A stretch of 63,661 nucleotides of DNA, counting the filler, from Lenisia limosa (Eukaryota; Protista; Breviatea), in NCBI GenBank assembly GCA_001655205.1. It is 8 parts of 8 records of this genome, joined end to end, with 100 filler letters (N's around TTAATTAATTAA, not from the genome) between each part and the next. Parts side by side here need not be neighbours in the genome. Positions count along the whole stretch, not along the records: positions 11,980 to 28,866 come from LPNZ01009286.1; 7 more parts are not named here. One strand, written 5' to 3'. Of this stretch, positions 12,988 through 26,100 are shown one piece after another. The position numbers and the translations under genes were made by a program. Numbering within the stretch: position 1 is the stretch's first letter; every line of letters starts with the position of its first letter. The notes beneath the pieces are model-generated. The model was not told where the DNA came from. It made no database searches and saw only the letters and a program-made list of their open reading frames with translations.

Positions 12988-15315
12988 TCACTCAAAAACA
13001 ACAGGTGTTGCGTTAACCGTGGCAACTCTCCGCGTGGCATTGACAAAAGCTGATATTCGGAAGATCGCAATAAAATTTCGAACCACTGTCACGCTGACAA
13101 AGATTTCACTTCCCTCCATATCCCTCCCTAAAAAGTAACCTTGACAAATACTACATGATATATCATAGGATATCATCATTATCTATTTCAAAGAAAAACG
13201 GTTATTTCAGAAAAATATTGTCCAAGTCCCACCCACTCTTATCAAATATGTCGTAAATTGAAAAGAGGCAGAGTGCAATGACAATCAAATCAATGTAGCT
13301 CATCCATTGCTTAAAGAATTTCTGGAAAATAACCAAGGAATACACAGGTTTATAACATTAAATGACGAAGCCAACCTTTCCATATACTGCCATTCTGATT
13401 GTCGTTTCGATAAAGATCAGGACAGATGCCACTATCACCAAAACGCTGAACATAAGAAACAATAAAAGGGTGCACTTCATTCAAAACTCTTCCCATTTTA
13501 AAAGAAACAAAATCATAGAACTGCACCTCGATGGTAGGCAATTTATTTCTAGAAATATACACGGCGTGAACCCAGCAAACAGGAACGTGTCCTTGGTGAC
13601 GTCTTTTGGTTCTATGAGAACCTAACGAGGTGTAAAAATTAAGCCTTCATTCAAATAAAGCACTGCATGTAATCACCCCTCCAACCCAGATCATTAGCAT
13701 AAAGCAGATGCAAATAGAAGACAATAAGAGTAGCATCCAAAGCCATGACTGAAACAATCTCTCCATCATGTATGATCGTGGGCTAAACGTTAAAGTTAAT
13801 GAGGTTTGAAAATATCATGTGTTTAAAACAGAAAACAGCAGCATGACAGTTCTGACAAAACACAAACTGACCAAGAAGAGCTCTCAACGGAAGGTAGCAA
13901 GCCTGTTCGTTCATCTGTTTCATGAATAAAATATTATGTATTACAGCAAAATGTGAAAAGACACGACGTTTAAAAAAGCTGAGTCATAAAGCACAGGACA
14001 ATTATCACTCCTTCCTACCCAATGAAATTCCTCCAATTGGTGTGTCACTAAAACATGAGTTCTCCTTGTACAAGTAGAATATTCAAATAAAAAATAGTCC
14101 ATTTCAATTTTATTCCAGTCAAAATTAGAATCTGCGTCTTTGATAAGCTGAAATTAGTCACATTAGAACTTCTTCCACAAGTAATGTTCCAAATAATGAT
14201 TTCAATTATCCATTAACCACTACTCAATAATATTGTTAATCCATCACAAACCAATTATTGTCATACTTAGAAGTCTGTGGTGATATTGGGGACTGAAATG
14301 TGTTGGTACTACAACTGTTAGGTTATTGGAAGAGCAACACCAAAATCTACATACCTTGGTGAGTTTGGGTTGGACAGCGTAACCATTTCAACTTCACTGC
14401 TTGCCCTTGGTACTGTTTGTGTCACTGGGCTCACTGAGCTACATACTTAAGAGATCGCTAAAAGAAAAAATAATTTAAATTAATTACACAATAATTTCAA
14501 AAAATAAAATGCATGGAGTACTAGAAATAAGCCGTTGAGATGGAGAAGTTTTATTCACAACTAAATATAGCATAGAAATTTAGAAAGTCCAATTTCAAAA
14601 AGAGTTCTACTTGAGCTATCAAAGTTGGGTAAAAAAACATCGCAGCCATATTCACACTTTGTGGAAGCTTTTGGGGAAGCAACTTGACTCTGGTCAGATG
14701 CAATGTCTGGATATGGCATAGTGTTTGGTGTCATCATTGCTCGCGGCATCTGATGATGTCAACGTTTCTTCATTCAGAATAATACAGGTAAAATATTGTG
14801 ACTTCTTTAAGCAGATCAAAAAGACCCTTGATAAAAACCGAACAGCCCATTACCTTCTCTTCATGTACATAGGAGCCATAACCGAAAGACATTCTCCTAC
14901 CGCTTGCGTGCTGAAGGGTCAAGAAGGGTTACTCCAATATATGGAACGAACAGACACATTTATCAGTACTCTAACAATAAAATCCTTGTCTCCGAGCAAA
15001 TCACTGTAATAACATTAAATGATCTCCACAGTCCTCTCACATGGCTTGGGGTCAGTCGATTCAAGTATCCCTGGTCGGAGTCATACCCCGGATAATCGGC
15101 CCCGGATGCAGCCCCAACATGGCCCTGGCCACGGCTCCACCGGAATTCATCCGAAGAGCCAGTGATGGTGTGAGCACGACCACGGCCACGCACTGGCAGT
15201 TCATACGTCATGATTGGGGAGTGGTGGAAGGGAGTGTATGCCCCAGATGCTGCCATAACAAATGCTGCCGAGTTGATGGGACGAGGAGAAGACGAATGAG
15301 CCAATGTCAATCCTA
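12988..15315 (-). CDS. Membrane protein with low-complexity N-terminus and C-terminal voltage-sensor-like (Ion_trans S1-S4) domain
   Basis: Exons give ERLFQSWLWMLLLLSSICICF (S1), IFIETTIRMAVYG (S2), FFKQWMSYIDLIVIALCL (S3) and VVRNFIAIFRISAFVNATRR (S4-like), then TGA at 12988. Linkage of the upstream exons is inferred. Confidence 0.5.
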
Positions 15316-16415
15316 GGAGAACGGTGAAAACAGAAGGAAAATCCCGATGAAAAGAGGTCAAAACACTATCAAAATTGTTCCCCTTCTCTCTATTCTTATT
15401 TTGCTTGTGACCTTGTGAATTCTGCCTTGCTTTGTTTTGGAGCTTTGGAGTTTTGGAAAATGTGTTAGCTTTCGAGATCTGTTCAAAACTATTTCAAGCA
15501 AAAAAAATAGAAAGTTGTTCAGGCTTTTATATTACTTTTGAGGAGTGGTAATATCTCGCAAAGCCTTGCAACATCCCCCTACCAGCAGGTGAAAAGTCAA
15601 GAATACTGCGCGGCTGAAGAGTGATCAAAACGAAGGAACACACCCCACGCGCAAACATTCCAATGGATTGATATGAGTACCAACACCAATAACAATTTTT
15701 TTTTAGTATCTTACACCCAAAAAAATTTCCAGTACCCCTACATTGATCTCTCGAGGAGAAGACCTCCTGTTTCTATAATGTTAAGATCTGATAAACTGTG
15801 GCTCTTCCCGTTTGAGGACAATTGTTTATTCTTCCCTTTAAAATGAAAACTATACAGTTTTACAATTGAAAAAAATGTCTAAAAGCGGTTAAAAACTGCG
15901 CAACCACTCCCCAATCATACGTTTCTTGAAAAGACAGAGATTCGGACATATACGGAAGTCACGGCTGAGAATACGTAAGAAGGTCGGACCTGCCTGATAT
16001 CCTCTTATTAGTGTTTATTATTTGATAAATTAAGCTCGTGCCATCGAGAGTCCCCCCAAAGTAAAAATGAAAACCCTTTGGAAACACTTAGAGACTATGT
16101 GCCTCTCTTTTTATCAATATATTTCAGATATATATCTATATATTCTTATTTTCTTATTATTATTCTTTTTTATCACATTCATTTGGGTGCGCGTGCGCGT
16201 CCAGCGCCCTGTCGACTGCTTTTCTTCTCAATCCTCTTCTGTCTCTCCTTCGACTTTTAGACAGCTGATATAAATATTATAAACAACATTGTGGCAGCTA
16301 CACGATACTGCTTTGTTTAATCCTCCTCAGAACCTATAATCGTTAAGAGAAGATTGAGGTCATCACCAAGCCATGAAGTGAAAAAGTCATCCTCTCTACT
16401 TAATATTTCTCCACC

Positions 16416-19400
16416 ATGGTGTCGGCGGACGATGTTCACCGCATCAATGTCCTCAATTTCACCACTGGAATACAGGCCTTCAAGGTTTGCTTCTTTTTTA
16501 TTTTGTGAAAGAGCGTGAGAGTTATTTAACCTTTCCCCGTGTCCTTTTTCATCTTTCAATGTAGCAATGTCTTGAGAAGACAAAGAAAGCTGGAGGGTTT
16601 GTGTCTGCTGACTTGGAGTTTTCCGGCATCCTTGGTCCTGGTTGTGAACAGGTGTTTAACAAGTGGGCGGTTGCATGAACAAGGGACTCTCGTTGCCTTA
16701 CCTGTTTTCATTGCCGAATCTGAATTTGAGGGGGGGGGGGGGTTTANNNNNNNNNNNNNNNNNNNNNNNNNNNNNNNNNNNNNNNNNNNNNNNNNNNNNN
16801 NNNNNNNNNNNNNNNNNNNNNNNNNNNNNNNNNNNNNNNGACTTGGGGTTCCGATATTCGCACATCAGAAAGGGAGTCAGTCAGTTTGCTGTTCTAGAGC
16901 TTGGATTCACTTTCTACAATCCTCATGTGGCAAGTATGAGAGATTTACTGTATTGAATAAATGGGCTATTTTTTGACAACTTATTTACTTTCATAGCGGA
17001 AGATCCCAAGAGACAAACAGAGTTCGATGAAACATCATTCTGTTTCTCATTAACATGCAACGTAAAAGGGGTTGGCTCAAGACTTTAAACCTTTAAACAA
17101 GACTCCACTTTGTTGTGTTGACTTTTCAGGATTGTTTCCATTCTTCTCCGTCCTCTTTGCAGTTCCTTGCAAGAAATGGACTCAACTTCTCTGAACATTT
17201 CCTTCATGCTGTCGGCTACAGGTTGGGGTGCTACCCCGTACAGTCAACCGCCGGATCTCTATGATCCTAGTTTCAACAGAGACTTTACTGCAAAAAGGCT
17301 ACCTCTGAATGGGGGGGGGGGGTTGTTTNNNNNNNNNNNNNNNNNNNNNNNNNNNNNNNNNNNNNNNNNNNNNNNNNNNNNNNNNNNNNNNNNNNNNNNN
17401 NNNNNNNNNNNNNNNATCACTATTCAACACCCAAATAAGAAACTGAAGATGAAACTAAACACACAGGTTGTGGGGTGAAGCGGTTGATTTTGCTTTGTTT
17501 AGCGTGACTTTTCAGAGAAGTAAGGCCATGCAGCCACTGCAGAAATGGCATTGCATCATCCCAACTTGCATTCCAAATGACCCTTCGCCGAACCTCTATG
17601 GATCAACATTGGCAGCTTTGATGACGGAAGTTGTTTCCCTGCCATTTGTTGTCCATAACGGGTATGCTACTTTCCTTATCCATTCCCCCGCCTATCTTGA
17701 TTATGCTTCACTTCGGTTCGAAGACTGAATGTCTCGACAAATTCTCGAAAACTATCGATATTTTCCCGGGTTTTTTCGAACCGAAGTGAAGCCCAAATCT
17801 TGATGAAAGAGGTTTTCTTCCTGACCTTCCGTAGCCTTCTTGATCTTGCGTTCTTTGTGGGATCGTTCATTTGCCCTCTTCCAGAAAAACTTCCCGAGTG
17901 AGTGAATGTTTAGTTTGAACTTTGAAAGAAATATCAGAAGGTTAGCATAATAACTTCACTCTTAGAAAAGGCAAATTATGCTCGCAGAAAAAAATCATTG
18001 CTCTCAGTAATTAAGTCACTACATATCATATGGTATCCTATTTAATATTTAATTTCACGTCTTGATTTTCTGAGTGGGTTGATACCATCTTCTCTCAGTT
18101 ACAACTCTCCAGCTTTGTGCACCTTCTGAAAAAGACCTTCACCGGAGACATTTACGATACCAAATACATGGCTTCGATTTGGAAAGACGCCCCCCCTGCC
18201 ACGTTCCTCGCAGCGCTTCATCGTGAAATGTGGGCATACGTCATATGTAGTGCCTGCGTCAGTTTCGTAATGCATTCTTATTGTTCTAGCTTGGTACACA
18301 AGGACATCCCCACGTTCAAGTTTGTCCCGGTTAAATACGCAAGTATGTTGGTTCGAAAGCAAAAGATCCACAGTTATCGTTCTAATACCCTGAAAAAATG
18401 AGGTCGAAAATTTGACAGTTCAGTCACATCACACGCACCTGAATCGCCTGAAAAACTGGAGGTGCCGTGCCAGTCATTTTTGGTGAGCTGGTTAATTGAT
18501 CCTTGTGCCCTGAAGGGTGGAAGCAATAATTGTCAGTTCGCCATTGTATTTTTACTCTTCAGTCTTATGGATACTGTAATGACATGAACTGCGCCTTTAA
18601 CCACAATCTCGATGACTTGATTGCTCCGCTTCCACCCTCCTCAATCCCAGTCCAGGCCACAATCCAGGTTCCAAGTAAGCACTTTGTTTGCTTGTGTCCA
18701 ATTCGCATTTTGCAGTTCCTGACTTTGCAGACCCAGTAACCGTTGTCACCACCCGGTCCGGCTCGCCGTACTTCCTCAACAGTTTGGCCGACCAAACAAA
18801 CTTGGAGGAACTGGTTCTTCCTCCAAGGGAAGAGTCCCCTCCCCCTATCATTGACCACTTTAGACTTACCCCCAAAGATGTAAGTTGTGCTGTTGATTGA
18901 CTCTGAACTCTCCAATGACGACATGACGATACAGGAAATCAGTCCCTCCACTCCCGAACCTCGCACCCATTCCGAACCCAATACCCCAATTGTAAGTGGC
19001 TATCCCCTTTCCTGTACCCTGCATGTGACCCCCCCCCTCCACGGCGATGATGGAGGCATGCTTTGTGCCACATGTTTAGTTAATTGGGTTTATTGTTTCC
19101 GTATAAGNNNNNNNNNNNNNNNNNNNNNNNNNNNNNNNNNNNNNNNNNNNNNNNNNNNNNNNNNNNNNNNNNNNNNNNNNNNNNNNNNNNNNNNNNNNNN
19201 NNNNNNNNNNNNNNNNNNNNNNNACGTCACTTCCGCCGGAACACAAACGCCGCCATTCCATCCGAAGGACTCCTCACAAAGCGCGGAGAAGCAAGTGGCT
19301 GCCCTCCACAGTGCTGGATTTGACTCTCTCATCACAGGTATGATGATCTCGCGTCATAATATATAAAAAGAAATAAGAGACTTTTGATTGAAATAAGAAC

Positions 19401-19585
19401 TGTCCCTCTTGATAATATTGGCAGGACAGATCTTCTCATGTCTACGCTGGGCACTGGCCGGCACGGAGTACCGACCTCCTCCGGGCGGCTCGTTGAGTTT
19501 GTTCCTTGCGCCGGCGCAATCCGCCATAGACCACGCCAAAAACAGGATCTACACCGGATGGGACAGCCACCTGGCTTTAAAATAG
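16416..19585 (+). CDS. TOE1: TOE1-like CAF1/DEDD deadenylase with CCCH zinc finger
   Basis: ADLEFSG (ExoI); SSLQFLARNGLNF; VVHNG|LLDL; DIYDTKY; C-x8-C-x4-C-x3-H finger (CQSFLSYGYCNDMNCAFNH); LHSAGFDSLITG (ExoIII); KNRIY near TAG 19585; CCACCATGG start context. Confidence 0.88.
17236..17295 (+). repeat. Short intronic repeat family E (second copy ~31289-31345)
   Basis: Shared CAACCGC.GGATCT.TATGATCCTAGTTT.AA.AGAGACTTTACT.CAAAA in introns of two unrelated genes, both in sense orientation. Confidence 0.7.
17705..17794. mobile_element. MITE family A copy in a TOE1 intron
   Basis: TIRs GCTTCACTTCGGTTCGAA / TTCGAACCGAAGTGAAGCCC around the GACTGAAT...CGATAAAT...ATCGATATT core. Confidence 0.85.
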
Positions 19586-19856
19586 GTTGATGGAGCTTAA
19601 TTTCCTTCCATGGAGGGTAACATGATGCTGGACTTCAACTGAAGTATTTGGGATCGATCAGTAGTGGATGTTGAACAGTAACATAAATGTTAATACATAG
19701 TAATGATAATATTCATATCATATAGTATTGCTATATTATTACATTAATTGTGTTTAATCGATGAAAAGATTATAAGACTGTAGTTTTGCAACACCAGAAT
19801 ATAGGGTGAAATAATATGTAAAATAATCTAACCAAAACGGGCTCCTAACACCCAAT

Positions 19857-22565
19857 TTAAATGAAAGGCACGCCTGGAATGCCTTTCTTTTTCTTTTCTC
19901 CGATGTCAAAACGGTCATCGTCAGAGTCAGAACCGTTCTTCTCCCCAATGTTGAAATCCTTTGGGTCAGCCTGGGCACAATAAGTACAACCTTTTACATG
20001 TCGTAAAATATATAATACTTCAAACAGAAGATATTAATGAAGATATTTATATCAGGACTATGGTAATACTTAATTATACAATTATAATTGTTTTTGGGAT
20101 TTCCAAAAATAAAATCAACCTCAAACAATATTGATTTATTCATCGTATATTTCTTGGAACAATTAGTTGTACAAACTCCTTTACAAATTACATAGATTAG
20201 ATATTAGGGTATTGTATAGTACTAATGTGGACTTTGGAACTACTCTTGCCCATATTACTAGTGCATTTCTATGATAACTTGAATAGAAATAGCCGAAGCT
20301 CTTTTTTAGACATAGCGAAACCATATTCCTGACTCCACCATACTGGTTTTTGGGGTGCGTCCATCGAGCCTCCATGCTCCTAAAGAATACATGGTGAATG
20401 GGGTATTGTGAGGACGATAGCTAACCTGAGGAGGGGCATTTCCAAATGCAGGGTCCAATCCTTGAGGGGGCTAAAGTACAGTGAAAGGGTGTGTTTCACT
20501 TTATAAGCCCATCCATATTAAAAGCCCATCCATATGATAAGTACATCTAGTATATCATATGATAGAGTATATAATATATCATATCATATACTCCCATTAT
20601 ATGATACACTCTGTTAAGTTTTATTATGATATCCTAAAACCATCTTCGAAAATGATGAGAAAGTACTCACCTGGGGAGGGCCTCCAAAAGCCGGATCATA
20701 ACCTTGGGGTGGGGGACCCTTAAATGTCAAATTTATGGATAAATGATAATTTGAGAAGGGCAGCTGTTCAATTTAACTGCATTATAAAGATATCCCTGGA
20801 TAACATGTTCGTTCTACAAATCAAAATGACCACTTGTTTTTGATTCATGGAATAGTGTGTGTCATCAGAAACTAACAATATTTATGATTTCCATAGATCC
20901 GCAGCTTGGAGCTCACTTGGTGATAAGCCTTTGGCTCGTAGCCTTGAGGGGGATAGCCTTGTTGAGGGGGATAGCCTTGTTGAGGGGGATAGCCTTGCTG
21001 GAATGTAAGCTTATGTTTCAGAATTAAGAAATACAAAAAGTTACACCAACCTGGGGGTGTGCTTTGGGGTCATACGATTGTTGAGGGTATCCATGCTGAA
21101 ATGTTAATTACAATTATGAGCAGATAAACTAACCTGTGCTTTTGGGTCATAGGGTTGTTCAGGAGGGAATCCTTGCTGGAATAATAAGCTATAAGCAAAA
21201 CGTATAAATTACGTGATATTTTACCTGTTGAAATTTTGGGTCGAATTGTTGAGGGGGGCCCTGGATGGTTCTTAATCAATTGGATGGTTTGACAAACCTG
21301 TGGTGGATATGGCTGTTTGCCCATTTCTTGGTCGTGCTTCGGCTGTTCGCGGCGGTTCTTATCCCGACAGCAGCACTAATGACGTGTCAAAGTACCAAAC
21401 AGAGCATTGTGAGAATACAAGGTTGTATGGAGAAGGCTTCGACTTGCTTTTCATTGATATTCTCCTTGTCTTTACCGTACACTCACCCAGCAACAAAGAG
21501 CAACAAGGATAATGATTGCGACAAGGCCGGCAATATACTCCACTGTGTTGTAGGTAATATCCTCCTATGGTGAAATGAGTGCAAATCACAAAATAGCCTA
21601 CCATCTCAATGGTCCAGTCGTAGGACATGGTAATAGTTCCATTCTTGGTAGTAGGAATCACCACCAAACAACTGTATCATAAGGGAACTGTTGAAATACT
21701 CATAAACACAATTGTAATAACAATTTGACAACTAAATTGATATAAAAGCATCAGAAATAACTTCTAATATATATTGTTATTTTGGTTTTTACAACCAGAG
21801 AGCTGAACCCCACCGACATTCGATTCATCAGGGATCCCTCTGAGCTAACGCCAGATGCCAACTTTACTTCGTGCTCAGCCATGAGCCTGTGATATGAGGA
21901 ATCTGACAGCTAATATTACAATACCCACTTGCTCTCTGTTTTGCCAGCAAGGCATCCCGATTCACGAGGGTTCATTTCTAAGCACAGGGAATATTCGCTC
22001 AAGTTTGACTCGGAAATGATGATACTGACCGTCTTGGAGGCTAGAATGATTGGAATGGTTGGAATGGTTGGAATGTCAAATGTGTCACTCACATTCCACA
22101 GCTTGTTTGACGTTATATGTGACACGGTAGTCGTCTGACATGCTGGTTGTGAAACATTTTTCGGCTCCTGTGTATCATTAACACATCATTAAAATACAAA
22201 GTTACAAAGTAACCAAGAAAATGAAGAAAAGGTTTTCTTGCAGCAAGCGACTGGCAGGGAAGAGGTTGAGGTAATTATGAATGGAAGAAACGTTCAGAAA
22301 ATATGTTAAAAATTTGGATACAAATGTACATACTCCACTACTCTCCTCAACTCCTCAACAAAAAAATAAACGAGAATTAAACAAATGTCACAGCGTGTAG
22401 AAAATAGCAAGTCAGCAAAAATCGGGAAAACTATCCCAGCCAACCACTTTCTCCGATGACCCAGTTTGCAATGTCAGACTTTTCAGCAACAACCCAGTCC
22501 GTCTTAGCAGCAAATGTGGTGGATACGAGCAATATAAGTAACACTGTGAAGAGCATCATTGTCAT
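19857..22565 (-). CDS. Single-pass type I membrane protein with Shisa-like layout (signal peptide, Cys-containing ectodomain, TM plus Cys cluster, Gln/Gly/Tyr/Pro-rich tail)
   Basis: MTMMLFTVLLILLVSTTFAA signal peptide; YIAGLVAIIILVALCCW|CCCRDK; a series of short phase-0 exons encoding QGYPP/YDPKA repeats; TAA at 19857. Confidence 0.75.
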
Positions 22566-22745
22566 TTGTTCTCCCAATTCAGATATTGGTTCCTTCTCCT
22601 TAAAAACTAGCAATAAAAAAGAAAAAGAAAAAAAGAAAAAAAGAAAGAAATAAGAAAGGAAAACTGCCACAACACTAGCAGTGTGACACGTATGTAGTTA
22701 CGCCGATAAGGACCGAAAATTTTTGGCCGAAAAAAGAAAAAAATT

Positions 22746-22818
22746 AGGAACCACCGGGGATTGAACCCAGGACCTTACGCGTGTGAGGCGTACGTGATAA
22801 CCACTACACTATGATTCC
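22746..22818 (-). tRNA. tRNA-Val(CAC)
   Basis: GGAATCA TA GTGTAGTGGTTATCAC G TACGC CT-CAC-AC GCGTA AGGTC CTGGG TTCAATC CCCGG TGGTTCC T, followed by an oligo-T terminator. Confidence 0.96.
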
Positions 22819-22885
22819 TCGAAATTCTGGCGCTTCAGATTCAAAGTCAATAAAATCTTCCGTGTTCTTTTCGGGCACAAATTTT

Positions 22886-23113
22886 TGCACTCAAAGTGCC
22901 CGGATCACCCGCCGCGTCACCAGAAGTGTTCACCATCCCGCCGCCTCGCTCAGTCAGTTTACCCGCTGCCCAGACCAATTGGCCCAGACCACCGCCCCAC
23001 TCCAGAAGAGATCACCCTCCCACCAGTCCGTCCACTCCGCCGCCGCTCTCCAATGTATCTTTTTTACTTTGTTTTACTGAAAGTTTTTTCGATAAATACA
23101 GTTTTTTGTGCTT
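22886..23113. repeat. tRNA-upstream GC-rich element, copy 2
   Basis: Homologous to 12132-12400; begins 67 bp upstream of tRNA-Val in the same relative orientation. Confidence 0.85.
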
Positions 23114-23115
23114 TT

Positions 23116-26100
23116 ATGATATTCCAGTTTCAGGCATTATTTCTTCTCCTTGTTGCGCTATGTGGGCATGTTTTCTCTTTCCAGCCTCTTAAGTTAGGAG
23201 GGGTATGGTGACATTGATTGGATCATATCTTCTCTATATGATATTTATTTATTACCAGCATCATGGTGTCACAGTGTACCAGTGATGGCATGATGTTTAG
23301 TCAATCTCATTCACCAGGCTCACAAAGCAAGGAGTTCAATTTCACCTTGCCCCCGGTACCCACCCTGACAATGCTGTCTCATTGGTGGGGTCCTAAGTTT
23401 CAATAGAGGCTTTATTACTACCAAAACAAATATTCTCCTCATGAGATACCAGCCACATAATCTTCTCCTCATGAGATGTAACAATGATAACAGCCACATA
23501 TAGCCCTCATATCTTACCTTCCCTTACTTTCTTAGGCGCAATTTTTGGGCGGTAATCAAGGTAAGTGATTTGAGTAAGAATCCTTGGGGAATGAATTTTG
23601 TGATTCAACTTCCAGAGGTGAAATGTCTCTCTGGAGCGCCAACGGCTTTGGACGGGGTGTTTGTTGAAGTTTCTCGCAGGCTCTACTCAAGTTCTTCTGT
23701 CTTTGTGGATATCACTGTCACTGTGGGTTAATGTGTGTTTTGAATGGTATGCAAAAAGACTAAAGACTAACGTTCTTCCAATGACAATATCCAGGGTAAC
23801 TGCCCCGCGGGATTTGACCTAGTTGTTCCAAAGACAACTAATGTGGAGTGCTCATTCATAACGGGCTGGATTGATGGACCGTATTGCGTTCCTGGTTTGC
23901 TTTTTGTTATGTTATGTACAATGTACATATGTATGTATGTTCTCTTTTCCTGTTGCCCGTAGCAATTTATTTCCACAGTGACGTGTAGCAATGATTTTGG
24001 ACCCAAAATCTCTTCATCCAATTGCAGTACCGGTTTGCTTGGTGCTCTGATCTTCTTTTTGTCAAGATTATGCTTGTCTATGTTAAGCTTGGAACACAAA
24101 TTCATATTTTGAGCAGGTATATTTGTTTGTCTTTGATAGTTGATATTATGAATTCACCAGAGTGTCCGATATTTGATGCTCATGCATTACAGGAGATTCA
24201 GACTATGGAACGCTTTGTGCACTCCAATGTGTAGACAGTGAAGTCAATATCCATGGTTGGTAAGGAGTCCTGCGTATCTGGCTGTTGTTTTGTGACCTTT
24301 TCAGGAAATCCTATTGCACAGTGTGGACAATCGGGCTGGGAGTCGGATTTTCTCTGCGGTAAGTTCTTGTTTAGAGTGTAATAAGTGCAATAATATAATC
24401 TGATGCATCATATTTAAATATGAAATGGGTTGTATCTGAGAGCTTCAAAAGTGTAATTGACACAAAAGTGTTAATTGCAATTATGGCTTCACCCTACTGT
24501 TTTTGATTTGCGGGCTATTCACGTTTCAGGTCGGTCACTCTACACTTGTGGTCTTGATAACAGCCAATACACACTTGGAGTAGTAAGATGGGTTGATATT
24601 CTACTTGACATCATGATCCTTTTCTCCAACTTCACCACTTCAGCCCAATACAGCAGTAGACAAATTGGACGGGCAGTCTGCTGATATTACCACTTACTGG
24701 GGGTCCAATGTCGCATTGCTTGCACCTGGGGAGGACAATATTTGTGTCTCTCTTGACGGTACGATATCCCTCTTGAGTGATGATTGGGGCTTGCTTCCCT
24801 ACGGTCCCAAAAAAGACTGAATTTTTCGATAAATCCTCGATAAATATCGATATTTTACCGGTCTTTTTTGGACCGAGGAGAAATCCAAGGCGGTGGGAGT
24901 CGAGGTCTCGATTTTGACTGTCCTCAAAATAATGTATCAATGCTATATCAGGGATGAGAGCAGCTAGAAGAGGACTCAGCGAAGCCAAGAACGTTTTAGG
25001 CTCGGATTAGTTTTGTCAACAGTAGTCTCGCCTTGTTGATGACACAGAGATTAAAGTTATTATACTCAATCGTATGGTTGAAAAGCGGTGAAAATCTTGA
25101 CTTAAATTCGAGTCTAAAATCAAAATATTCGAGACCTTGACCCCCCACCATCTTGGGGAAACCCTAGTGATGATGTCTTTAGATTCGACCATCAAATGTA
25201 TGGGGTCAAATGGAGTAATGCAGATCCCAACTTCATCAGCACACCCTACTGCCTCAATTGTGGTTTGTTTTTGGGAACGGCTCTTTCCTTCTAATTCAAC
25301 TGCAGTCGTACTCCGGTTTTGTCGGGCGTCCCATTGCTCAGTTTACATCCGGAAGGAGACACTATGCAGTCAGACGTGGGGCAGTCGGACTTGTTTACGG
25401 CTCTTTTATTTTCACTTTGTTAGTTGAAGATGGCACGGTGTTTACATGGGGTCAAGGATCGTATTACCGCCTGCTACTTAGCGGTGCTGGTAATATCAAT
25501 ACGCCTACTCAGGTTTGCACGATAGCATCATCTGCAGATACCCAAAGCTGAACCAATTTTCACCCCCAGATCGACCTATCAGGAGGAACGGCAGTGGATG
25601 TTCAAACTGGAGCCTATTCAACTGTCGTCAAGAAAAGTTGGTCTTTTTGCTACTTCTAAATTTAACTGCTGAATTGGGCTTCTTCCTCCTGTTGTCGTAG
25701 CAGTTTACTTTTCAGGTGATGGATCGTTCTTTGGAGGCGGATATGGAGCTTATAACTGTTTCAAGAACGCGGCAACTGCTTCTGTAGCCGCACATACTCT
25801 TGACATGTCCCTCCCTCCAGGAGCGGTATGCTCTGATTGCATATTCCCTGTATTACGGTATTCATGCTACTTAGACTGGCTCGGTTGAAAAGTACTTTGC
25901 TCACCATTCCGGTGCAGTTCTCATCACCGGTGAGGCACCAATGGGCTGATCAAGAAATTTTGTTTTGGAAGGTAGAGTGCCATTTCACGCTGTAGATACT
26001 GGGGAGTATTACGGGCGGTCAACATACACCGAGTATGCTGCGTTCTGCATTGTTGGCAAAAGCACCGAGAATGGCACTCCGCTGAAGGTTTTTGAGTAAA

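Noticed and set aside
15041-15316. Plus-strand 91-aa ORF as a separate gene
   Set aside because: The minus-strand exons here chain in phase with good splice signals. The plus-strand frames could not be spliced consistently, although the strand is not fully settled.
16317-16583. Minus-strand 88-aa ORF (and minus-strand frames at 17500-18371)
   Set aside because: Antisense shadows of TOE1 exons, which carry the conserved DEDD motifs on the plus strand.
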